This document shows positions 44,301 to 51,092 of a DNA stretch of 64,000 nt, piece after piece. The notes beneath the pieces were generated by a model. It saw only the letters and a program-made list of their open reading frames with translations, was not told where the DNA came from and did no database searches. Positions within the stretch are counted from its first letter, which is position 1, and each line of letters opens with the position of its first letter. The stretch lies in the NCBI GenBank assembly GCA_965214095.1, contig OZ243938.1, positions 3,808,001 through 3,872,000 on the forward strand, read 5' to 3'. The position numbers were made by a program, and so were the translations under genes. Origin of the DNA: Candidatus Poribacteria bacterium (GTDB lineage Bacteria > Poribacteria > WGA-4E > WGA-3G).

Positions 44301-44529
44301 TGACGTAACATTACGCCCCGTGCGCGTGCTTGTGGATAACGAAATAATGGAAGCTGGTTATTATACACCTGCAGCTGATTCAGATACAAATCCCTTCAGT
44401 TCAATCGGTTGGGATGGAAAATCAAGCAACGGTGAAGACTTAGCTCGCGGAATCTATTTCTGTGTAATAATGGTAACAGATGGTGTTGAACCTGAATACG
44501 CCATTCTTAAGCTCGCTCTGACGCGCTAA
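35356..44529 (+). CDS. Giant (~3057 aa) acidic secreted Ig-repeat protein with FlgD/T9SS-like CTD
   Basis: GAGGAGG RBS, signal peptide, repeated ~88-aa Ig-like units, C-terminal NYPNPF...IYD...WDG.SSNGE.LA.G.YF. Confidence 0.85.
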   Translation: MKKRTLVCFLIFLLCVFHSSIPDTVFGQDADQTPEQLAKQVFDEHNQVLRRASVKQYLPEIIEGLKSTDADIVSLINLAITLVGSDPSGTGLKAAAESQGVTLTDDHIAIIADSDVQKVLQDDTTVALLSLTGDDLAAGLDELLRLINESEAITDPGDSTPPDPAPPTISITTPSPTTAQSGSFNVAFTTADANQDPVTVTASISVDPAEAAGYYSSTVIGNSVRVTQTAPTTAMSTIPGAAVTLTLTANDGTADSTPATIVITFGAAELPPEKPPEPPDKPEPPTGDELPPIGEITSNLNGTSRVGGLSLNRVHGRAFIRGLIVEAAGQATLDAFNQNPDALVEPVVDFILNQVPAGFLPKKQIRQMLTATQPSSIFAEEADSQLDFENFGNAIAPALNEIIYTNVDNTTKYLASDNLNVYVRVPDTLLGGNVEVGLNGYKVANATRITPLVFQQDTIPYTFSLDETLAAMNLPAWPNANFDNQLFSGVVLRYSQTGIDGEYIAVDMDPVQSEKGVVWESEIGIPPPKEERDPAANIYYYFEVTLAEPVMLELINPEALSEAVNSVDGTHTLEATRTYEINSWAMPDPRNIQLDDRGILEALFTDDVRNQIIQIVAPLVNEILAGNASEIRVPGNQIRGLQNALLNSANDLFTHFETTFDPMLVSVFSLPYVDIATESLWYANIDPIADGPVNFEARVVNADGDVVDHIVEEITADDSAPEATITEMDENIVPAGNATGYWNRDGVFVSTATPADTPALINITSTVTKGTVGEGEGYLVYQIIKLDEHGRPLSTWLPLTVLNSMVSSDLWDLVVENLPDDLTEFAVPGTDTTLNISDFPLEFIISALQGDVPIPGVDIDTIIIDAIEDFVGIRISEDQYALLAELLGAVVDDINLFPITSDPSRMMTIPIQGANMPLMLGNYGIRAMGIDTLFNVGSHVAPTRLRVVVPEWDRTSVTMASLGDLNGDGDADEAYESGTIYSNATDVTLTVVVDERTVHPGTVMVQYLDAEGTWQTIDELELAEAGVPAGTALTLPWSVTDFDDLVMAGDTVELRTVTTNGLKLTDESETFSINLDADVHPVDPKVLNVDFDETSVMMTNPDSGAPQGTIQLIAHTPRRTVPETTSLLVEVKRASDEKWSMVGTVEMGDANGMSGVDAAAIMFKGKTLGEIYPSDASMIHINETSSYLMWTITVDTTLLEDSITVDNPGARDASMDDNQYMVRATPVVDGSLPDNPNENPTAEGEEYTEMFSVDNDDDVAPLGPTNVVATSIDAMYHVFEDNGDGTYTVGGLVDKYDPEINSPTVTIAITPSADRPTYHSVKLLTTLPEGAIIGEITETAEGSGVFTVTIDVGTLMDADEFVHNDRYLEDAYIDNPSEFIYNPKGDVFTFQLHALAYDKAEAYDDATAADEMFMEYGNVQADDYDGDEITVNVQNTYRNDPGVIAITVENSDGMVNPDSGAPQGELTFNVYTYYVTSPPTEGIRVEVKRPVDDTWERITGTAVEPVEVDVSDVPGIADLDDITGGLIGITQAGTESGGESVVAIPGRFMKWQFIVDTRELALEDTVTAEGTIKLDDTISRGDASERDVSVDENQYEVRAISLTPKNIDHPEYPQRDGVEASFSLDNVDDVPPLGPTNIVGVSDRDAYGDMQSIEANEDGSYTVGGIVDQGVNSPAGIFHIEPTAEPITYAGGSLKLVQTAPDGTETEAAGSLDDGYIEIDVGLLENGTYMYYALVADKEGNVQVQGEADMPSPIVTVHVNNFRVSDITDLTVTSVDGVMVDGELPERIPLRESIGVSFNVPNGTLMVDDLTAVHVNGEQAAFAAGSDAENAFSLMASELSKIASGHYTVRGEVTKRNGSVTFPMAMVNLDNTAPMISFVSPVEGEAINDLPTLHAMFNDGDLGVGISVDTAMVGLARVRPDSESQEEIAIDVDQGMVEQDIDSVVYTRIDKLAGGAYKFTVQVSDSLGNVGEASIAFAVEGINPTVMITAPASGQAFDASPASVTGFFAGGGEVNITSFTVNDVDVSESVTVDESNFTYVPDEGFSEDAYTVSVEVTDGSGLTAQTSLTFTVEYPVPTATIDTPTAGQVYNHGKPIITGTFSGADPVIGTLSIDDGEGVMVVDGNDFTYEPTENLADGDHTVTLAVIDVNGNTAEATTEFTINIAGPSVAIHSPTAGQMYDHGMPSIRVEASADDEAQPVTVSVMVNSEAATMNDDGTYSPAAELGDGEHTVVATATDANGKTAEATVIFSVLLPVPTASITTPAAGQVYDHGMPIITGEVSGATPIAGVLSVDGKEVMKVTDTEFSYTPTDALSDGDHTVMVSITDANGRTAQASTSFTVNIPGPSVTLHSPASGQMYSYDEPVITWESSGVAEPISTSLTINGEEVELADGADSYTPEEGLGEGEHTVVVMVTDVNGKTAQATAVFTVEFPMASVTLTSPTAGHTYTNGSPVISGEFTGVGEVEVKVTVAGKDAKVTKDGNQFTAEHPSVLGHGMHKVEVEVTDANGESAMTSAEFMVDLPAPTVEILSPAPAQTYGNGEAVVVRVEYAGMDVSVSSFTINGEDVEVEPEDNMFMHTPEGLTTGEYVVNVEVTDAANNKTAMDTVVFNVKLDSTPPVISEVAPSGTLKDTWVNVSVVVSDEQSDIIGVDFFIRNEADTHKGFLPLGTVIAGAQNSATTQQIADGNVLTQGSFANGTHTLKVVATSEGGSSSHTWSFTVVTDNIKPTITSITPSGTLHAGLPTISASAHDASGVAEIVITVMDSSGEVVEGNMENDDEDGSEGITRSDFMPEMPLDEGTYVIEVRATDTHGNTSSAKGGFSIDFDTAAPLITSSSPQNGARLMYAHDDEKRPTISVTYGDAETGVNVKSIRFVFNDELINLTDDQKSATQVIYMPPADLEPGQYTVKIEVSDNAQKQGNVSDEAEGAREANTAVYEFSFFVEHGDVPILRAAPFNYPNPFTDKTRISLVLARRSNVTITIYDVTLRPVRVLVDNEIMEAGYYTPAADSDTNPFSSIGWDGKSSNGEDLARGIYFCVIMVTDGVEPEYAILKLALTR

Positions 44530-44549
44530 GTAAACAGATAAGTCCACAT

Positions 44550-44580
44550 ATTGGAATTGGGATATGTTCCCAATTCCAAT
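44550..44580. other. Perfect 13-bp hairpin between the giant gene and porV-like gene
   Basis: ATTGGAATTGGGA-TATGT-TCCCAATTCCAAT, no U-tract. Confidence 0.7.
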
Positions 44581-44604
44581 GGTGAGACTTCAATGGAGGA
44601 TATA

Positions 44605-45579
44605 ATGTCTAACACAAAGCAAAAATTGCTATACGGTTTAATTACCGTTTCATTTCTTATCCTTGCTGTGTCACCTATCTGCTTTGCAGAGGGTGAGGTA
44701 AATTTAATGCCTCATCTACGTTTAGGGGCAGGTGCGCGTTCAATTGGTTTAGGCGGCGCATTCACAGCAATTGCAGAAGATGCCACTGCCACTGTCTGGA
44801 ATCCTGCCGGACTTGGTTCAGCGGCGGATCTTAGCCTCAATTTCTCTACTCAGAGACTATCACTTGATAGAAGTCATAATTTCATCGCAGTTACAAAAAC
44901 TCTCGGTAATGCTGGAGCTGTCGGTCTTGCTGCAACTAATTTTGGTGTATCGGATTATAGTTTATATGATGCATCAGGTGATTATGGTGGAAAAGCCGAT
45001 TACAGCACAAATGCCTATTCACTTTCCTACGGAATTGCATTCGGAAACTTCAATGTTGGTCTAACTGGCAGAATGCTTTCTGACAATTTCGGTGTAGACT
45101 CAGTTGAAAACCAGAGCGGTTTCGGTGGTGTTGATATCGGTTTGATGGGCCACGCATTACATATAGATGTTGAAGAAATGCAAGTTCCTACTTTCCATTA
45201 TGGAATTGTTGGTAAATATCTTGGCGCATCTGTTGGTGAAGGTACTGTCCCTATGGTGGTTAATGTTGGCGTTGCCTATGATCTTTATATGGGTAATGTT
45301 GTTACTTTCTCAGCTGATATTGAGCAAGAATTCGTCAATCTTGATGACAGCGCATTTAGCATGCGTGGTGGTGTAGAATATCGGTTGATGAATATCAGAT
45401 CAACAGAATTCGCACTACGGGCTGGCATGAGAGCATCCCGCGATGTTCAGAACCTCTACGGTGGATTCGGTGTGAATGTTGCTGGACTTCAAGTTGATTA
45501 TGCTATCCAAGATGGTATATCAAGTGGAATTAATAGTGATGGAAGCACACATTATGTTTCTGTTTCCTACACATATTAG
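44605..45579 (+). CDS. PorV/PorQ-like outer-membrane beta-barrel
   Basis: GAGARSIGLGGAF.A.A.DATA..WNPAGL; C-terminal H.VSVSY.Y beta-signal. Confidence 0.85.
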   Translation: MSNTKQKLLYGLITVSFLILAVSPICFAEGEVNLMPHLRLGAGARSIGLGGAFTAIAEDATATVWNPAGLGSAADLSLNFSTQRLSLDRSHNFIAVTKTLGNAGAVGLAATNFGVSDYSLYDASGDYGGKADYSTNAYSLSYGIAFGNFNVGLTGRMLSDNFGVDSVENQSGFGGVDIGLMGHALHIDVEEMQVPTFHYGIVGKYLGASVGEGTVPMVVNVGVAYDLYMGNVVTFSADIEQEFVNLDDSAFSMRGGVEYRLMNIRSTEFALRAGMRASRDVQNLYGGFGVNVAGLQVDYAIQDGISSGINSDGSTHYVSVSYTY

Positions 45580-45599
45580 GACTTAAGAGGAGAATACTA

Positions 45600-46463
45600 A
45601 TGAATATGATTAAATCCACACTAAAATTAACCTTGATTCTCTATCTCTGTGTAGCACTCAGTGGGGTGTATATCTTATCTGCTACAGCACGAATCACACC
45701 AAAAGAAGGTGGTGAGGATACTAAACTGATCACTATTGTAAAAGGTGATACACTTTGGGATCTCTGTCAAGAACATTTGAAGGATCCTTTGCGGTGGCGT
45801 GAGTTGAGTAAGTATAATGACTTCACAAATCCTGACCTTATTTATCCAGGCGAAAGCCTACGGATACCAGTCTCTATGATGAATGGTATTGTTGAGGAAG
45901 TTGGAAATAAGGTTGAAATTGATCAGGAGGAGTTGGAGAAATTACGTGCTGAACTTGAAGAATCTGAAGCAACTCGTGAGAAATTGTCAGGTGAAATAAA
46001 GAGTTTGAATGCAAGCATTGATAAGCTTGAAAAACAAATTAAAGCTCTTGAAACCAGCCAAAAATCACAGAAAGTTTTACTTGATGCAATTAAGAAAGCA
46101 AATAATGATGCCGCGACAGATGTCAAAAAAGTAGTGAGAAATAACAAAAATGCATTACAAAAGCAGTTAAACGAACTACAGGGACATCTTGATTCTTCTA
46201 ATGAGATGCTTGGATCACTTCAAAAAAATCTTAAGGCTACACAAGAACACATCGGAAATATACAAAGTGATGTGAAAACTGTGTTAGCACAGATTGAAGC
46301 AAATCAAAAGGGAATCAGCGAACTGAAAATGATGTTAAAAGATGCTGAAGGTGTGCATGAAGAGGTCTCTTCATCCAAACGCGCACTTGTCTTTGTTACG
46401 ACAGTTGCTGCTGGTATCGGTTGGTTTGTCCTAAATGCAATCGGCGGACGTAGTGGCGAATAA
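45600..46463 (+). CDS. LysM + coiled-coil protein with C-terminal membrane anchor
   Basis: VKGDTLWDL...L.DP.RW....N...NPDLIYPG..L.IP; heptad region; terminal TM. Confidence 0.85.
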   Translation: MNMIKSTLKLTLILYLCVALSGVYILSATARITPKEGGEDTKLITIVKGDTLWDLCQEHLKDPLRWRELSKYNDFTNPDLIYPGESLRIPVSMMNGIVEEVGNKVEIDQEELEKLRAELEESEATREKLSGEIKSLNASIDKLEKQIKALETSQKSQKVLLDAIKKANNDAATDVKKVVRNNKNALQKQLNELQGHLDSSNEMLGSLQKNLKATQEHIGNIQSDVKTVLAQIEANQKGISELKMMLKDAEGVHEEVSSSKRALVFVTTVAAGIGWFVLNAIGGRSGE

Positions 46464-46482
46464 GCATACTCGCTAGACTTTT

Positions 46483-46520
46483 AGCAGGGAAGGTGTGTAT
46501 AACACCTCCCTGCTTTTTTT
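46483..46520 (+). terminator. Intrinsic terminator ending the giant-porV-lysM operon
   Basis: AGCAGGGAAGGTGT/ACACCTCCCTGCT plus T-run. Confidence 0.8.
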
Positions 46521-46534
46521 ATATTATATTCATA

Positions 46535-47140
46535 ATGCATTCACTTAATTTTAATTATCAATTAAAGCCTTTTGATAAGACAATTCAACTATACGGCGAC
46601 AGAGCAGGCGGTCAGGGAAACTTTGACTTTGCAGGACTTGCAGAACTTCAAACCTTAAAGGTCGTCTTATTGAAAGGAAATCCTCATAGTCTTGAACAAC
46701 CAGCAGATTGGAGGCGGTTTCTACGACTGCTTGATCTTGCCCAACGTTTACATAAGCCTGTGATATTATGGAACCTTCCACTCACACAGAACACATCAAT
46801 AGAAAAACTAACGTCATTGGAATTGGGAACAGCAATTAAAGATGTTAGAATCAAACTGCTCAGATTACCGCAACCCATAATATCTGTTTATGATGATACT
46901 TTCGGTATAGACAATGAGAATTATATATTAAAGAGTGTGGATGGAACAATCGTAGTAGTCTCTGATGAGGAAAATGATAAGAGAGAACAGATAATAAAAC
47001 AGAACAATTTATCCTATGTTAACCAACTGTCAGATATATCAAAGAAGGTATCTGAATTGTTAGATGAGTTTTCAAGAGAAGAAGTCAGTGAATTATTTGC
47101 TATACGATTAGAAAGAGTTCAGGAAACAGAGAAAAGTTGA
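46535..47140 (+). CDS. Divergent AccA (carboxyltransferase alpha)-like protein lacking catalytic motifs
   Basis: LYGDR, RRFLRL.DLA.R...PVI, AI......L.LP.PIISV, ELF..R..R resemble AccA. Confidence 0.6.
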   Translation: MHSLNFNYQLKPFDKTIQLYGDRAGGQGNFDFAGLAELQTLKVVLLKGNPHSLEQPADWRRFLRLLDLAQRLHKPVILWNLPLTQNTSIEKLTSLELGTAIKDVRIKLLRLPQPIISVYDDTFGIDNENYILKSVDGTIVVVSDEENDKREQIIKQNNLSYVNQLSDISKKVSELLDEFSREEVSELFAIRLERVQETEKS

Positions 47141-47194
47141 GTTCATTTCATTCACATATATGAGTTAAGAAAGAGTCTAAGCCAATATTACCCT

Positions 47195-48028
47195 TTACGC
47201 AATCAACACATCGTGAACTGTATCCCATAGGAGTATTATTACATAAGCAATCACGGTGACCACTAATACCACTTTTATCCATTTGTCACCCATTTTTACT
47301 GCCAAATGACTTCCAATCCAGGCACCAGTTGCGTTACCAACCGCCAATGTAAAACCCAAAACCCAATTGACATGCCCCTTGCTAATAAAAATACCTAAAG
47401 CAATGATAGTATAAAAGAATATAATAAAGACTTTATGTGCATTAGTTATCACCAGATCGCTATCATCCAATATTCGCAAGGTAGCAATGACTAACAAACC
47501 AACCCCTGCCTGTATGAAGCCACCATATATACCAACAAAGAATAGAGCAATAAATGTGACAATTTGATATTGCATTCCACTCGGATTTATTTTTTTCTGT
47601 AACCATTCTGTTGGATTAAATAGTGTCAGAATTAGCATTGTAATCATTACAACAGCAAGAACAGGTTTAAATACGCTATAAGGTGTCAAGGTAGCAATGT
47701 ATGCTCCTATTCCTGCACCGATCACGGCAGGGATTGTTAAGTTTATAGCGTGTCGAAAATTTGATACTCCCTTACTGCGGAACCCCATAATTGCACTGAA
47801 GTTTTGACAGATAATCGCCACTCGATTCGTTCCGTTAGCAATGTTTGTTTCATCAGTTCCCGTAGGAAGGGATGAAACATCAATTGCAAAAGGTATAAGA
47901 TAAACAAGAGTGGGTAAAGTCAAGAGAGAACCACCAAATGCAATGGTGTTGAGAAACCCAGCAAACATACCAACTGTCATTAGTAGAATAATATACAAAA
48001 TATCAAGACCGAATAACTCAATTCCCAT
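47195..48028 (-). CDS. Sulfite exporter TauE/SafE family protein
   Basis: GFLNTIA.GGSLL.LP, ANGTNR, G.YGGFIQAGVG. Confidence 0.9.
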   Translation of the reverse strand: MGIELFGLDILYIILLMTVGMFAGFLNTIAFGGSLLTLPTLVYLIPFAIDVSSLPTGTDETNIANGTNRVAIICQNFSAIMGFRSKGVSNFRHAINLTIPAVIGAGIGAYIATLTPYSVFKPVLAVVMITMLILTLFNPTEWLQKKINPSGMQYQIVTFIALFFVGIYGGFIQAGVGLLVIATLRILDDSDLVITNAHKVFIIFFYTIIALGIFISKGHVNWVLGFTLAVGNATGAWIGSHLAVKMGDKWIKVVLVVTVIAYVIILLWDTVHDVLIA

Positions 48029-48311
48029 CAAAATCTCCTTCTCGTTGTGAAGTTTTTCTTGTTCCATGACGATATTTGACAAATCTTATCAAAAGAAATG
48101 CAACAAGATTACCTAAAACAAAAGCACTTATGATCCCAATTAGTAATGAAAATGCAATTGTTTGAAATAACCCGTATCCAAATGGACAATGCCAACCAAA
48201 TATCAGAATTCCAATTCCTGAGATAACTGCTCCGAACAGAAAACCGGTTATGCCAGCAATACCTGATATATTTTGATATTTTTTCAGTTGTGGTAGGTGT
48301 ATTTGAAACAT
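48018..48311 (-). CDS. Small hypothetical membrane protein
   Basis: Two TM segments; overlaps the tauE start. Confidence 0.5.
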   Translation of the reverse strand: MFQIHLPQLKKYQNISGIAGITGFLFGAVISGIGILIFGWHCPFGYGLFQTIAFSLLIGIISAFVLGNLVAFLLIRFVKYRHGTRKTSQREGDFDGN

Positions 48312-48426
48312 ACATCACCAAATAAAATATGTACAATTTGGAATAAACAAATGGTGGTGCGTTGTACAATGCACACACCACCGAGACTTGTTTTCATATT
48401 TGTTGATATGAACTCAATCTGTGATT

Positions 48427-48565
48427 TATAGTAAAAATCATAATTATTTACACACTACGGTAGGTTCGGTTTCCTAACCGAACCAGTGTTTGTCCAGTCT
48501 CATAGATGCGGTTAGGAAACCGCATCTACCGGTGAGTGTGCACGTGTTTTTACATTTCACTATAA
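48427..48565. repeat. REPIN-like inverted REP doublet with terminal IR
   Basis: GTAGGTTCGGTTTCCTAACCGAACC and inverted GTAGATGCGGTTTCCTAACCGCATC; ends TTATAGTAAAA/TTTCACTATAA. Confidence 0.75.
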
Positions 48566-48596
48566 TTATGGAGCAATTTGATGTCATCACAGTATG

Positions 48597-49610
48597 CTAA
48601 TCGATTCCTAAATACTTATTCCTTCCTTTGACAAGTGCTTCTATTTTCCGGTCAACGACTGACCTTTGTAGCATCCAAAACCCGCAGTCTGGATGTACCC
48701 AACCAATTCTTCCAGAACCTAATACCTGTTCTGCTTTTTCTATGCTGGTTGCAACTTCATCAGGAGTTTCAACTGGATTAACTTTCACATCAATGACACC
48801 GATACCGAGTTGTATTTGTGCGGAAACATCCTTGAGTGCATCAAGATCCGCATTCGGACGATGTTTCAACTCTAATACAAGATGGTCGCATCTTAGCATA
48901 TTCAGGAAGTCTATCAGTGCCTTCCAACTACCTTGTTGGATTACTTGACCACCATAATTGCCGAAACAAAAATGTACCGCCTTCTCGCCATCAAATGCAT
49001 CGAGAACAATATTGATTGCCTCAGCAGCACGAGGACCGTCTTGTGGATTACCGGGTATATTTGCCTCATCAACTTGAAGGCATCGGCATTTCAGATCTCG
49101 CACCTGAGCAGACATTGTCTCAGCCAAGGAGGTGAGTAACTTGTCAAAGTCACCGTAATGTTTGTCCAACAAAGTCCGGGCAAGCATGTATGGACTAGTG
49201 ACAGTAAATTTTAAGTTATTACCTGCAACATCCACCGCACGTTCACAATCAGATACAAGGTTTAATGTGCCCTCACCTAAAGTATCCTCAACAACACCCG
49301 CGGGTTTGGCACGGAATGCCATCGTTTGCATCTGTCTAAATTCAGCCCAATCTTGTCGTCCAACTTCTGATCTAATACCAGAAAGCGGCCTTATAAAATA
49401 ATCAATCATCCCATTGGTATCAGGATGATTGACATCAAATCTGTATAGTTCACCATCGGTGGGTAGGTCAATACCGTGTTGCCGTTGTATATCTACTACA
49501 ACTCGGGTCGCATCAATCAGTGCTTGTTCTGACGGCATTGCATGAAGCCAAGATGGCACTGGATACGAACCGACAGTTGTTGTCGATATCTGTGGAGTAT
49601 TTGTTATCAT
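48597..49610 (-). CDS. Cobalamin-independent methionine synthase II family (MetE C-terminal-like), 5' end interrupted by a mini-IS
   Basis: TTVGSYP, TDGE..R, LQVDE, HFCFGN, PDCG; probable native TTG start at 50058. Confidence 0.85.
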   Translation of the reverse strand: MITNTPQISTTTVGSYPVPSWLHAMPSEQALIDATRVVVDIQRQHGIDLPTDGELYRFDVNHPDTNGMIDYFIRPLSGIRSEVGRQDWAEFRQMQTMAFRAKPAGVVEDTLGEGTLNLVSDCERAVDVAGNNLKFTVTSPYMLARTLLDKHYGDFDKLLTSLAETMSAQVRDLKCRCLQVDEANIPGNPQDGPRAAEAINIVLDAFDGEKAVHFCFGNYGGQVIQQGSWKALIDFLNMLRCDHLVLELKHRPNADLDALKDVSAQIQLGIGVIDVKVNPVETPDEVATSIEKAEQVLGSGRIGWVHPDCGFWMLQRSVVDRKIEALVKGRNKYLGID

Positions 49611-50049
49611 ATCTTCGGTGTCAAGACCCCGTTGCTTTAGCACGGGGATGTAGACACCGCTCCTATTGTGTGTCAAGAAAAAACTTGCCTTTTAATCTAA
49701 AAACTAATATAATATCTTTAGCAATCGGCATTGGTTGTGATTGATGCTACGGCAGATAGCTAAGCAGTGAAACAATCACGTAAAAGCTTTGCTATTCAAT
49801 ACTGCTAAAGTTTTCAAAACATCTGTTGCGTGTTAGGGAAAGAAGTTTCAAAACTCATCCCGTTGATATTCACACGTGAAAATGTTTCTTAAGACCTCCT
49901 TTGGAGGTGCAGTTGGGACATCAACTGTTGGAGTAGGCTTTGTCACTGGAATGCCTGTTAGGTTTTCTAAACAAGGTCGTTGATACCACAATTGCTTGTG
50001 TGATTCTTTCAAAAGAATCACCGGAGTTTTAACTCGGTGAGTATGTCAA
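49608..50049 (+). mobile_element. Non-autonomous IS200/IS605-family mini-element (no tnpA/tnpB)
   Basis: LE hairpin 49616-49659 after TTAT; RE GAAT-hairpin-TCAA at 50015-50049; internal promoter TTGCCT-17-TATAAT. Confidence 0.8.
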
Positions 50050-50069
50050 ATTATTCAATATAGGAATCC
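49909..50069 (+). ncRNA. TnpB-type omegaRNA/reRNA-like scaffold plus flanking guide
   Basis: CAGTTG/CAACTG hairpin, RE hairpin, ends TCAA; guide would be ATTATTCAATATAGGAATCC. Confidence 0.55.
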
Positions 50070-50081
50070 TATGCTATGATA

Positions 50082-51092
50082 TTATTCATTAACAAGTTCA
50101 TAAGAGACAAGTTCAAATTCTGATTCTACCGGCACGCCGCCTCTGGTTTGCGTTTGCGTGAATTTAATGATACCGACATTCGGAGCCAACCACTTATTGA
50201 CAACTGTAATATCAAGGTCAAAATCAGGTCCCTGAAGTTCAAAAATCCAGTGAAATGATTCTTGGATTTGGAACACGTTTTCAAAAGTACCAGCAGGGAC
50301 AGTCACAGTTTCTTCAGAGAGAACTTCGAACTCATCTTTACCGTGGTCTAATGGAAAGAGTTCAGGTGCTAATTTTGCTTGAAAATTGACGTCCCATTTC
50401 CAACCGGGTATAAGCGGAAATTTATACAAAGGTAGAAATGGAACAAACATTATCGTATCTTCAGTGCCAGGGGTTATATTCTGTGCGTGTTGGAGAATGC
50501 CTATTATGTTCCCATTGTCGTCTAACTCAGGTCCAAGATAGGAGTAGTCCGCAACATTTTCCAAATCTTCAGCAGTGTTCGTCTTTTCAAGAACAAAACT
50601 CTCAACGGTTTTTCCATCTGCAAGTTGAATCTGTATAGTATCTATAATTTCAAAGATTATCTCTGTGCCTTCAGCATCACGGTATGTCCATTTATTTCCT
50701 ACTGCTAAAGGGTAATAGTTACCTTCTCGTCCACGCCATACTTGGATATCAATGGTGCTTGTCGTAGAGCTTTTGCCATCGCTTACAGTCACATGAATCG
50801 GATATTTTTTTTCATCTTCTGGCGCGATCCAGATTGCCCCGGATTCATCCCCAGATATTTCTCCATTTGCTGCAGACCATGTGTATGTTAAGATATCGTT
50901 ATTAAGATCATACACTTGGAGTCGAATGGATACTTCTGCTTCTGGTAGAACTATCTCCGAATCTGTTTCAAAGACAGAGATTACTGGGGCAAAATTCTTA
51001 TTTCTTGGGACATTCTCATCGATGCCACAACCAACGATAGCTACAATAAAGAGGATACTAAAAAATGTCCAAACGGAACTATTCTTTTTCAT
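50082..51092 (-). CDS. Lipoprotein with Ig/PKD-like domain and beta-rich C-terminal domain
   Basis: Lipobox IVAIVGC; YYPLAVGN.W.Y, E.VTVPAGTF, W.APNVG.IK. Confidence 0.75.
   Translation of the reverse strand: MKKNSSVWTFFSILFIVAIVGCGIDENVPRNKNFAPVISVFETDSEIVLPEAEVSIRLQVYDLNNDILTYTWSAANGEISGDESGAIWIAPEDEKKYPIHVTVSDGKSSTTSTIDIQVWRGREGNYYPLAVGNKWTYRDAEGTEIIFEIIDTIQIQLADGKTVESFVLEKTNTAEDLENVADYSYLGPELDDNGNIIGILQHAQNITPGTEDTIMFVPFLPLYKFPLIPGWKWDVNFQAKLAPELFPLDHGKDEFEVLSEETVTVPAGTFENVFQIQESFHWIFELQGPDFDLDITVVNKWLAPNVGIIKFTQTQTRGGVPVESEFELVSYELVNE

Noticed and set aside
49611-49676. N-terminal extension MTHNRSG... of the MetE-like ORF
   Set aside because: Lies in the mini-IS left end; not native coding sequence.
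49608-50049. IStron (group I intron-IS hybrid)
   Set aside because: Element is antisense to the host gene and I see no group I core.
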